Assembly: GCF_022045235.1 (NCBI RefSeq)
Contig: NW_027266275.1
Location: forward strand, 18,042,001 to 18,106,000
Length of the DNA stretch: 64,000 bases
Direction: 5' to 3'
Origin: Haliotis cracherodii
Taxonomy: Eukaryota
This document shows, piece by piece, positions 50,301 through 62,300 of the stretch. Numbering within the stretch: the stretch's first letter is position 1; each line of letters begins with the position of its first letter. Position numbers and translations under genes: made by a program. Below the pieces are notes generated by a model, which did no database searches, was not told the DNA's origin, and saw nothing but the letters and a program-made list of their open reading frames with translations.

Positions 50301-53300
50301 AATCATGTTGGGAGCGGAATGATCCGATTGGACCCTGGTGGGAAGGGTCTCGTTCCACAGTGTGACCTTAGCGTTGCGATTATTGTCGGAGTACGTCTGT
50401 TGGGGTAAGATCACATTTTGAAACGATTTTGAAACCTGGTTTCAGTTTCTCTTGTTACATTCTGGCTCGGTATCCCAAAGCGGGTGAACACTTAACCTCA
50501 GTACAAAATCACGCAGCACGTTATTTTCATTTTGATTTTTCCATTCGCACTTCCTGTCTTTCTGTTATTACATCTCTTGTTTATACATTTATATTATATT
50601 TCAAACACGTATTTCATAACCATGGAAATATATATCAGAAGTAATTCCTGGAATATTGGTGTAAAGCACGAGAAGGTGTATATCGACCGACCTGAGGGCG
50701 CCACTGAAGATGGAGGCAACAAACAGGCCCGGTATCCCTGGCACATGGCCCAGCACATCCATGACAAACAGCGGGAACAGCTACAACATTGAAGAAGACA
50801 TCAAGAGGTCATTGTTAAATTTCAAATCGATTTTAAATTCTACTAATCACATGCACACACGTACACACTCAAACCCTAACAAAATGTTTTTTTTTATGTA
50901 CAGCACTACACATACCTAAAATTCGGCATTAACAGGGAGTATGTTTTGTTTGGGTGGAAGCCGACACAAGATCATTCTATAACTGTCAATAGAGCCAGAG
51001 AAATAGTTCTGGTTAAGTCAATCGCGGAAGCCTACATCTATAACGTGTGGTAAGTCTTTATTTTAAGTCATAGGCACATAAAGTAAACACGGCAGACAAG
51101 CGGAGTTGATACAGTAGACGAGAAATAGTGATTCTATCAGGCAAACAATAACTACTGTTGAGACAAGCAATTGACATTTAATGTTGGAGAGCAGTTTGTT
51201 TCCTCTGTTACACCTCACACAACTGAACACCTGGTGTCTCAATGTCTTTACACTTCGTTAACGAAGGGTCGATACCGCCTTGACGCTAATATTTACCTGG
51301 TCAGAGGCGAATACAAGACCGAAGCTGATTGGATCACATGTTGCATAGAACGCATACATAACGATGCCAACCATGCTGCAGAGCATGAGGATGACGCAGA
51401 GGCCGGGGGCGTTGATCCAGAGGGCGCTAGAGAGGCAAACATGGATGCATGAGTGAGTAAATGAAGTAATGATCTTTGTTCATCCCATAATGGATGTTCA
51501 ATGGTCCTTACACTTCACACCGGTGGCCGTTAACGTGAGCATGAACATGAACATTGATACCTAATCTAACTACAGGTGAAATTGGGTTACCTACGTGAGG
51601 GAGTGTGTTTTGTCTGGACGTTTACATTTTGATTCGTTTCGAACAATCTGTAAAGGTCCCTCCCAAGAATCTACATTAACTAAACATGTTTGACAAATAT
51701 TGACATATATTGTATACAATCACCGTCATTAAAACACACTTACATCTGGGCATCCTTCAAAGAGGAACACGTGAGCGCTCTCTGGACCTGAGCTTGGTTG
51801 GTTCCATACACGGAAGCCCACAGGAACCCTGCACCAATTGTAAGAGACCAGAAGCTATGGCGGACAGTCGGGTTAGGGCTGAAACTGTAAATATTTAGAG
51901 GTTACAGTGAGTATGGTTTTACGCCGCATTTTGCAATATTCAAGCAATATCACGGCTAGGGATCACCAGAAATGGGCTTCACACATTGTACCCATGTGGG
52001 GAATCGAAACCGGGTCTTCGGCGTGACGAGCGAACGCTTTAACCACTAGGCTGGCAACTGACGTTAGAATGCTGCCTCTGCTAATATTAGAGCAGTGTCG
52101 CGACTACGAACACCAGAAAGGGCTTCACACATGAAATTGTGATTGGGCGTAACGAGGTATGCTACCCCTCTGCAGTGAGTGGGTACCCGGTAGGATGAGA
52201 TGGGACTAAATGGAAACACATCCAGTAAAAACCCACATCTTGGGTAGCACACTCCACAGTAAGATGACGATGCAAGATCATACACACTAATCCGTTGACA
52301 TGGTCATAAAATGACATGTATCTGATTCTGTGGAATTGTGTGGATTCTATGGAATCGAAAGAGTCAGAGATCGAGGTGTCATTACAGTAGTGATAGTGAT
52401 TTTCTCTGGGGAGAAAAATATACCCCTTCCATACCGTGTGTGACTTGACAACTCGGAACACTGCCAACGTGATTCAATCGGGCAATATGTTATCACATAC
52501 TATTCGCCTGATTCGGCCATCTTCGGTCCAGGCACCTTTTCTATTTTGCAGGAAGCCTTTATAATTACAGATAAAGAGACTACAAAGAATGAATGAAATT
52601 CCCTTGTTTCGGTTGTGTTGGAAGTATTCAGATCTGCGACACGTCAAAGATTAACCTGATTAATTCAGGTCTGCGAGACGTCAAAGATTAATCGGATATA
52701 TTAGTTCATCGAGACGTCGAAGATTGACCCGATATAGCACTACCACCTGCAGACTTGTTTGTTTACAACTGAGCACGGACGCTTAATTTGGTCAGAAAAA
52801 ATATAACTTGCTGGATGAAAGTATTGCATCTTTGTTTTACGGATAACAAATGTATTTCCTGTTTCGCCTAGTGGGTAAAAAAAGTACATTTGTCGAGAGA
52901 AATGCAATTATTTTATTTTTTTTTATCCCAAACCAAAATTGAGCCCGTTTATTACAGGTGAAGTGAAATAGCGTTTAACGTGGACTTCAAGATTATTGCC
53001 CTTAGACAGCAGCGAACCCGAGAAGATCCGGGTTAGAACAGAATCAATCTCATTAAAATCAGATTTTAGTTCTCGCTATCGCTAAACAAAGATCCGAGGA
53101 GATCCCATTAGAGATAATGTCAGAACGACATTCATCCAGCCAATCAAAGCGTCGCTTACCAGATCATGAAAGTGACAATCGGAATGTGTTTTCTAATCAT
53201 GCAACCTCGAAAACGTTAACACGGGGTATTCCAGGGACAGTTGCGACATGTGCGACTGATTCCGTCAAAATTATCGTCTATATAATAGATAAACATTTGA

Positions 53301-56300
53301 ACGGAGGAGGCGTTGCACAGTATGTGGGAAGCACTGCTATACAATCTCAAACATATATTAGACATTCCGGAATGTCCGTTTGTTCAGTTTTCAAAATTTC
53401 AATCGAGAACTGTGTCAACATATTTTTCAAGTGTAGTCTGAAATGGAAGTCGCACGGTTGAAACGAGTGCCGTAAAGCTCGAGAAAGCTGCTTTCTTATT
53501 GGCTTATATCGACTTCTTATTCGTCATTTCAGTGGTCGGTCAAAGTTCGCGAAAGATTGTTCTGGCGTGACCCGTAATGGGATGTCCCAAGACCTTTGTT
53601 TAGTGTCAGCAAGAACTTAGATTTGATTTTAAAGAGATTGGAACATAATATGCTTGTCGTAAGAGGCGACTAACGGGATCGGGTGGTCAGGCTCGCTGAC
53701 TTGGTTGATACAACCCTCAACCAACAGACTCCCGTCCTCCACTGACAAAGGGGCGCAACCTAGGGCAAACGGGTTGCCCAATTCGGTCGCCTTTTACGAC
53801 CAGCAATGGGGTGCTTGGGACACATTTTACCCCGGGTCCCTACGGGGTAGGACTTGACAATGTCAAGCAAAGTTTACATTATTCCGACTATTTTGTAAAC
53901 ATAATGCCGAGTTTAAGGGAAATTTTAGGGAAGTCCCGGTTCTTTCCGAACGCCGATTGTTTGAAAAGTACTGTCATTTGTGCCAAACTGGGTACAGGGA
54001 AATCGGTAGTCACAGTCGATGGATTCGTGGATCGATGCTCATGATGTCAATCACTGGAATGTCTGGTCCAGACTTGATTATTTACAGACCACCATCACAT
54101 AGCTGGAATGTTGCTAAGTGCGGCGTTAAACAAACAGACAGACAGCGGCGTGCATGTAAGGGTGTGTAGCTGCTTGTACCAGGTCGGACTAGCCCATAGA
54201 GATACAATACGCAATCTTAACATGGATACCCAACTCAGACACAGTATACTAACTTCGAGCTTACCAGTCCTTGTTTTATCCCCATAATGCTGAGCGCTAG
54301 GCATGGAAACACGTTTTTAACGCCCTTGGGTATGAAGAGGCCAAGGATCGAACCACCGACCTTCCGCTCTCCGGGCAGACGCTATATCCACTAGACCAGT
54401 GATATACTATAGCTGTATTTTTGCTTACAACTGCCGCTATTCACTCACTCTGTAAAGTAGACTCTGTGGTTTTTCTCGGCAATATCCCAGGCCTTGCTGA
54501 AGCCGCCGATCTCTATACAGCCCTGAATTAGGGCTGCTGCTATCCCCGCCAGCATCATGAAGATCTGGAACGTGTCCGTCCACAACACCGCCTTCATCCC
54601 ACCCTGAAATAATAATACATAAATACATAAAAAATAAACCAAATAATAAATAAAAGAAAACAAAGGATACAAAATAAATATAAACAAATTCAAATTATAT
54701 TATTCAAGGCTTCAAAAAACAAACAACCTAGCTAGATGCAGCTGGTTTCCCTAAAGTCCCCATTTGTTTATACACTATTCACTTGAGTGTCGCTGAAGAA
54801 TTTCAAGTTACTGCTATGATTCTGCCTTGGGAGATAAACGTTCAAAACAACCTTTGATTGCAGTTTGAAAACAAATTTATATGTTTTATTTCTTTCACAA
54901 CGGAACATACACGTATACAGAAAGGCTTTTGTAATCCTAAATGTCACCAAGTCTGATCAACTACTGGACTACTAGTATTTAATATTTATATATACATCCA
55001 AGTTGCCACAACAGAAAGGGCAGGACTAGGGAAATACAATATTTACATTTAGCACTGTATAGGGTAAGGCAGCAACCAATTATTATTATTATAATTCGTA
55101 GTATTATATTATGCCTTTATGTACCGTACGTATCCACATGCTTGTATCTGCACAAAGACGATTTATTTGTTCCCCAGCCAACTTATCTTGTGCTCGAAGG
55201 AATGGCGGTGAAATGTATATTTTATAGTTACAATTACATGTCGTCTATAGTAAAGAGTACTATGTACTCATATAACAATTATTGCTACATACTAGGCTAA
55301 TCAAGTAATACGTATGTGCATAGGTATGTCTTACAATAGCTGTGTAAAACGTACAGACAATCCCCACAGCGGCCACGGCTCCCCACAGAGACAGGCCAGT
55401 TACTGAAACAATAATTGGACAGCATTACACAATGTATAGGACATTGTGGCAGAGAACAATGCCACACAATACACATAGCAATACATGTCACACAATATAC
55501 ATAGAACAATGTCACACAATATACAGAACAATGTCACACAATATATAGAATGGCACACAATACATAGAACAATGGCACACAATATATAGAAAAATGGCAC
55601 ACAACACATAGAAGAATGTCACACAATACATAGAACAATGTCACACAACACATAGAAAAATGTTGCACAATACATAGAACAATGTCACACAATACATAGA
55701 ACAATGTCACACAATACATAGAACAATGTCATACAATATATAGAAAAAATGTTACACAATACATAGAACAATGGCACACAATATATAGGACACTGGCACA
55801 CAATACATAGAACAATGTCACACAATATATAGGACACTGGCACACAATACATAGAACAATGTCATACAATATATAGAAAAATGTTACACAATACATGGAA
55901 CAATGGCACACAATACATAGAACAATGTCACACAATACATAGAACAATGTCACACAATACATAGAATAATGACACACAATACATAGAACAATGTCACTCA
56001 ATAAATAGAATAATGATACACAGTACATAGATCAATGTTACATCCTACAGTTGAATAAACTCACTCACTCATCAATACTCAACGATATGTATTGTCGTGA
56101 ATGGCCGCCATCATATGAAATAGTTGGTATTATAAGTTAATTGCTTTCCCAACATTTTACAGCGTCCGCCCGGAGAACGGAAGGTCCGGGAATCGATCCC
56201 CGGCCGCGTCATACCAAAAGACGTTAAAAGATGGTACTTGTTGTTACCCTGTCTGGCGCTCGGCATTAAGGGGCTAAAACAAGGACAGGTCGGCTCGGAA

Positions 56301-59300
56301 ACAGTTCACTGTGTCTGAGTGGGGTATTCATGTTAAACTGCGGCATGATATCTCAGTGGGCTAGCACTATAATTCGGCATCAGTGCGGACTAGTACAAGC
56401 AGCCACATAAACACATACACGTACATGCACGTCGCTATATAAGTGCAATAATCTTGGACGCGACGTTAAACCTAATTTCGCCTCACCTCACCCAAAATGT
56501 TACACAGTAGTAGTAGTACCTGCGTTCAGGGCAAGGGATGGGCCGTACAGCACTATCGCCATGTAGATAATCTGCAATTAAAAGCATCAGTGCACACCTT
56601 ATCCTTTATCGGGTTACTATTAAAACGACACACCTTCATGAAGAAAATTCAGGTAAATGAACCAGTTACTTAGATATCTCCGGTGTGATGCAAGAAATAA
56701 ATAAGCAAGTACGTCAGAGCCGTCAGTAAGGTATATCGTAGGTTTGTAAATTTGGGCCGACCAAAATACATAATTTGTTCTCTACCTTTTCTGTTTCTCA
56801 GACCCTAGAGAATAAATAAAAAAGGAGTCCAAATCAAGAATGATTTGGCAAGTCTAGAATGACCCAACATGGTTCTGGGCTCCATTTGGATTATATTTAA
56901 TTTTATTTTGTAGATACATATTTTTACATACGATAACTTTATTTCTTGGACAAATGTCAGTCTATTCTTTACCGTCTGTGTACAGAAGATGAGGGTGCCG
57001 GCAGTGCGGACTCCCTTGCTGAACCGCTTCTCCAGATACTGAAGAAAGAAAACACAGGATTGTTACAAGAACGACCACATTAATAGAAAGTCCTAAGAGC
57101 AAAACAAACATTAAGACCGAAGATGGCACAAAAAGTAGTTTAGATCAACCCACAAATGAATCAAAACAACAAACTCTGCTAAGGTTACGAAAATAATAAC
57201 TATAATGGATTGTCATTTGCTGTAACAATCTGAAGCATGCTTAGATCGTGGTGAAGGATCTAAGTATCCCAACTGTCGCGCTTTCGTCATCGTAATCTGT
57301 GCCATGATGGATCTGATAATGATAAGACAATTTCGTAATAGGTCCTCTAACAGTATGAGGACGAAGTGTACACAGATGACAAGAAGTAAAACGTCGGTAT
57401 TATCTAGTTCTAGGCCATCATCTTGATTTTATCGTGTGGCTAGCCTTGAATAATCACGTGCTCGGGTATTTGTTTAGAGGGGTGGTATACTAGTATATAT
57501 ACGGGTGAAGAACGTAGTCCCAGGAAATCTGGACCAGACACAGTACCATCTGGAACACGTTTTCCTCTCATACATAAGGTAAGCCTTGTTGTGTACACAT
57601 ACAAAAATACACCTTATGGTTATTGATTGATGCGATTTAAACTGTATCGGGTGGTAACAATATTGGAAAGTGTAATAAGCACCTGAGAAGAAGTTAAGCA
57701 CCGCTCTTTATTTTACAAAATCCCAATCTTTCATGCATTTTAAAAAAATGTCTATATGACATTAACTCAATGCTTGCTGATAAATACGGAGTTGTCGTAT
57801 GACGCAAAGAAGCAGGGGAGTGCGGATTTCTGTTACAATATCAGTATGACTAATATAAGTATGTAAACAAACACAAATGTCTTTCGTCAGAGGATTAATT
57901 AAGGTTACGATGTAAAACAATTTGGACATTTTTAATTAATTAATTAATTAATTAATTAAGCGACAATAGCATTTTCATAATCATAAGACATCTCTTCTAT
58001 AAGCAGAGTCCACTGTACGATTCCGACTAATTCAACAGCACGAGTTAATAAATCACTATCAAATAAGAGGTGCTTAACGTTTTAGGTATATATTTGCATG
58101 GTTGACCACCCTGGCAGATTATGAGTATCTGTACTAAAGATTGGTTTATGGACTATTTGGAAGGGGTATTAAAGTGTAATGACATTGGCTATACCAACCT
58201 CTTTAAACTTTAACGTTAAAGCCAGATCACGTATATTTTACTAATCTCAACAGACGGAAGTGGAAAGGCGAACAGGTATTACAAATAGAAATGAGTGTAT
58301 ATATAATAAGAATAATACTGAATTTCATCCCATCGGCAGTGTTGACATGCTCGGATTAATTGTGAGATTGGCATTTGGAGATTGAATTGATCAGTAAGTC
58401 TAGCGTATTTGTTTTAAAGAAATAGGTGCATCATTATTCGATCCACTTGTCAGGAGATTTTGAATCATTCTTATAAATAAATGTATTTGTTCATTTCGAA
58501 ATAAAAGTTGTTTTAAAGCTATATACTATTCAACATGACACTCATTCAAAACAGAATGACTTAACTTTATCATCTCCTTACATAATGCATAATGCATACG
58601 ATAGTGCTTCATCAACACATGCTCATGATATAGTCGGAATCATGCAATCGTCACTATTTTCAGAAGTGATTTCTTATGAATATGGAAAGGGCTTTATCGA
58701 TTTTATTGTAAATGTACCGACGGTTTAGTGTTATTTTTCTAATTTGGCAGGCCTTACTCTCGTTTTAGGTGAAAATTGTACACATCAACACCTTTCTTAC
58801 CAATATAAGCATGGACGTTGTGAACATTACCGACCTCCCAACTACTACGCCAAAGTCAATGTATCCACCCGGCTACTTTGTCATCCCAGCTGAAGACATG
58901 GTCACCTTCCGGATTGCAATGTACACGACCATCATGCCTGTAACAGCGCTCATTGGTCTTGTTGGAAACGTCATAAGTTTTGTCGTCTTATTACGTCACA
59001 AGATGCGGGACACAACCAAGATGGTTCTCCTCTCCATAACTGTCTGTGACATTCTACACCTTATTGCGATGATACTCTTCTGTCTGATCGGAGTCACCAT
59101 CGCTTTAGACTATAAACCCGGACTTTATATCTCCCGAAAAGCATTTCCATATTTTGGATCTTTCCTAATGTCAATTTTTGGTCGTACATCAAATTTAATG
59201 ATCCTTGTAATTTCGCTTGAAAGAGTTTGTGCAGTGATATATCCTTTGAAAATCAAGTCACTTTGGACACGGAAGATAATGGGACTTTCAATATTCATCT

Positions 59301-62300
59301 GCAGTCTTCTGGTTGTAGCCATATTGGTTCCCTATGCCCTGGAGTTCGTGCCTACTGATTTCCCTATACCCAATTCAACACAAATGGCCACAGTTCTCAA
59401 ACTATCGGAGTTCGGAAAGAACCGGGACGTTTTTGCTACGCTGTACATCGTCAGAATGTCCCTCCTTCGCTTGATCCCCATCGCTGTCGTCATCATCAGC
59501 AACATCGCCATCATTGTGGGACTGTACCGCTCCAAGTCAAAGCGCTCCCAGATGACGGGTCAGAATCGTGACAAGACGCCTGCAGAACAGCGCATCACTC
59601 AGACATTGTTTGGTCTGGCTCTTCTGTTTTTCTTCTGCATGACACCTGGTGCCCTCAATATCCTAAGCCAGCTATTTGACTACGAATACAATTTCCCCAA
59701 AACTCGGAACAACGTCTACAACCTGGTCGGGATACTGGGAGTTTGGCTTGATATTGTCAACTCCTCCGCTAACTTCATCATCTACATTATATCCAGCAGA
59801 CAAATGCGCATGGAGTTCAAACGTGTCATCACGTGTCGGAAGGGGACATTTTCAGACCAGAAGTCCACCACAGACACGTCCGCAAGTGAAATGAGATTAT
59901 CCACGATGTCGGTCTCAGCAGTATCATAGGGAATGTGGCGGATTTCGGCGAGTACATAAATTTATTCAGCATAGCAATGCACAAATTGACTGTTAGAGAG
60001 AAACCTGAAACCCGCCTTAGCTTGTTGAGTTTAAAGCTCTAATTACATGATGCTTGTTGCGGATACTTTCGGTCCAGAAGTACACAGTAAGTGATACAGT
60101 CAAATCTATATCGGTCTCGATTGTGTGTTAAATGGACATAAACCAATATGCAAATATCTTGCACAGGGTGAGAATAATTAATTCATAATGCTGCAATAAT
60201 GCTGTAATAGTATCATTTATTCAAAACGCTGTTTTATTTTGAAAGTAGAATTGACTTTCTTGTCATTTCTTGTGATTTACTTTTAATAAAGCTTTACGTT
60301 TACTTACTAATTGTTACTATTTTCATCATATTACAATGCAATGCACCCCCAGTTAGAGTCAGCTGTATTCGGGAACATTGGGCCTCGTTCGGAATACAGT
60401 CATTAAATGTGTGACCCTAATTTAAATATTACAGACTATTTGCAAAAGGCGCCGATAGGTCAACATGCTTCATGGGTGGAACTCTGACGGTTTTTACACA
60501 GGGAAGGAGACTACGCCGTTTCATGCTTGTGTACTTGGATTTACCAGACAACCTAGACTCACACTTAATCAATAAAAACATTTCTGTAAAATAATTATGA
60601 TTTAATTCTTTTAAAGAACCTTTGTTGGTTTGATTTAGACTTGCCTAGGCATTTAGAAAAAAATGCCGAAAAATACTTATTCCACAGGCATTCCGCACGA
60701 AACAACCCAACTATGAGTCCAAATGACATTTCGATTTTGAATTAATTGTCACACCTTGCCTAATTTTAGGAAGGCGTTTTCATTTAAAAATGGGCAACAG
60801 GGATAAAATGTAACGTTGCATCTGGAAAAAAACCTACGGGAGAGGTTAGGGCTCTAATGGTTATCAGAAGCGAGGATTTCTGACAGGAATGTGTCAAATT
60901 GTATAACCTGTTTAGGTTCAGTGCGTCTGTGCGTGCGTGTGTTTGTTGTGCATTCACTATGCCAAATGAATAAACTGCAAGGGAAAAGAAAGTATACATG
61001 CATCTTTGATGGTGGCTAAAAATGAAGAAAACAAGAAATGGTTATTTGAAGGTGATGTATTGGATAGGGCACCATAGTTGTGTTTTGGACCAGTCCTTGT
61101 TTTATACCATTAATGCTGAGCGCCAAGAAGGGTAACAACAAGTACAATATATTAACGTAGTTTCAAACCACAGGCCTTCCTCTCTCCAGGCAGACACTCT
61201 ATCTACTTGACCGCGGAGGCGGAATATATTCTTCAGTGTCTGACGGCAGGATGTCATTGGAATGTTCATTGCGAAATAAATATTTTGAAGCACTCTTTTC
61301 GCAAACCCACAACTTCAAGTATTGATCTTACTTCATCACCTCGTGTTGCGAGTCTTAAATTATTTAAAGCAAGTGTGACAAATGTTTTAAACGGGAAACT
61401 CGATGTATTAGGTTGTTATTTGAAAGTTACTAACAGTCCTGGTAGAAAGTGCTTTTGAAACCTTTAAATTGAAAACTGAATTCGATTGTCAATGACGACA
61501 TCCAGGTGCCACGTGAACAGTTATGTATCAGGTCATTATCATAATCCAATACCTCAGTAAAACGACTGTAATCACAATTAGTCATCATTACCTGAAGTCG
61601 ATATTACAAAATCAATTGTGCTGACACAGTACATAGAAGTCTTGGGGTCAATATTGTATTTCACCTTGGGTATTGCATATAAGGATTGACAATACCAGGT
61701 CTCCGTTGGCAGTGCGACCGAATTTAAGAAGAATTGATTCATTTAGTTTGAAGAGGTGCACATGGGCGTGTGCGTGTGCGTGTGCGTGTGCGTGTGCGTG
61801 TGTGTACGCGCTCAAGTTTGTTTGCCTGTTGTTTAGCACCGCACTCAGGTATATTCCAACTATATGCCGTTGGTCTGTAAATCATTGAGTTTGGACCAGA
61901 CAATCCCGATATTGGCATCAACAGTATCGATTCATGCAATTGGTATATGATGACATGCCNNNNNNNNNNNNNNNNNNNNNNNNNNNNNNNNNNNNNNNNN
62001 NNNNNNNNNNNNNNNNNNNNNNNNNNNNNNNNNNNNNNNNNNNNNNNNNNNNNNNNNNNNNNNNNNNNNNNNNNNNNNNNNNNNNNNNNNNNNNNNNNNN
62101 NNNNNNNNNNNNNNNNNNNNNNNNNNNNNNNNNNNNNNNNAATATCGTTATTGTGATCGTTTATATATTGATATCATTTGTGTGGGTTTCATGATAACGA
62201 TTAGGTGATTGGATGAATGTTGTTGAACGCCGGAATCAGCAAGAGTCCCTCTATAGTACGGCTGCAGTGGTTAACTGTTTGACCTACGATCGAATTCACA

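Noticed and set aside
55297-56028. Cys/Val-rich ORFs
   Set aside because: Translations of the 22-bp minisatellite; only 55335-55402 is a real exon.
61934-62194. ORFs spanning the N run
   Set aside because: Artefacts of the assembly gap.
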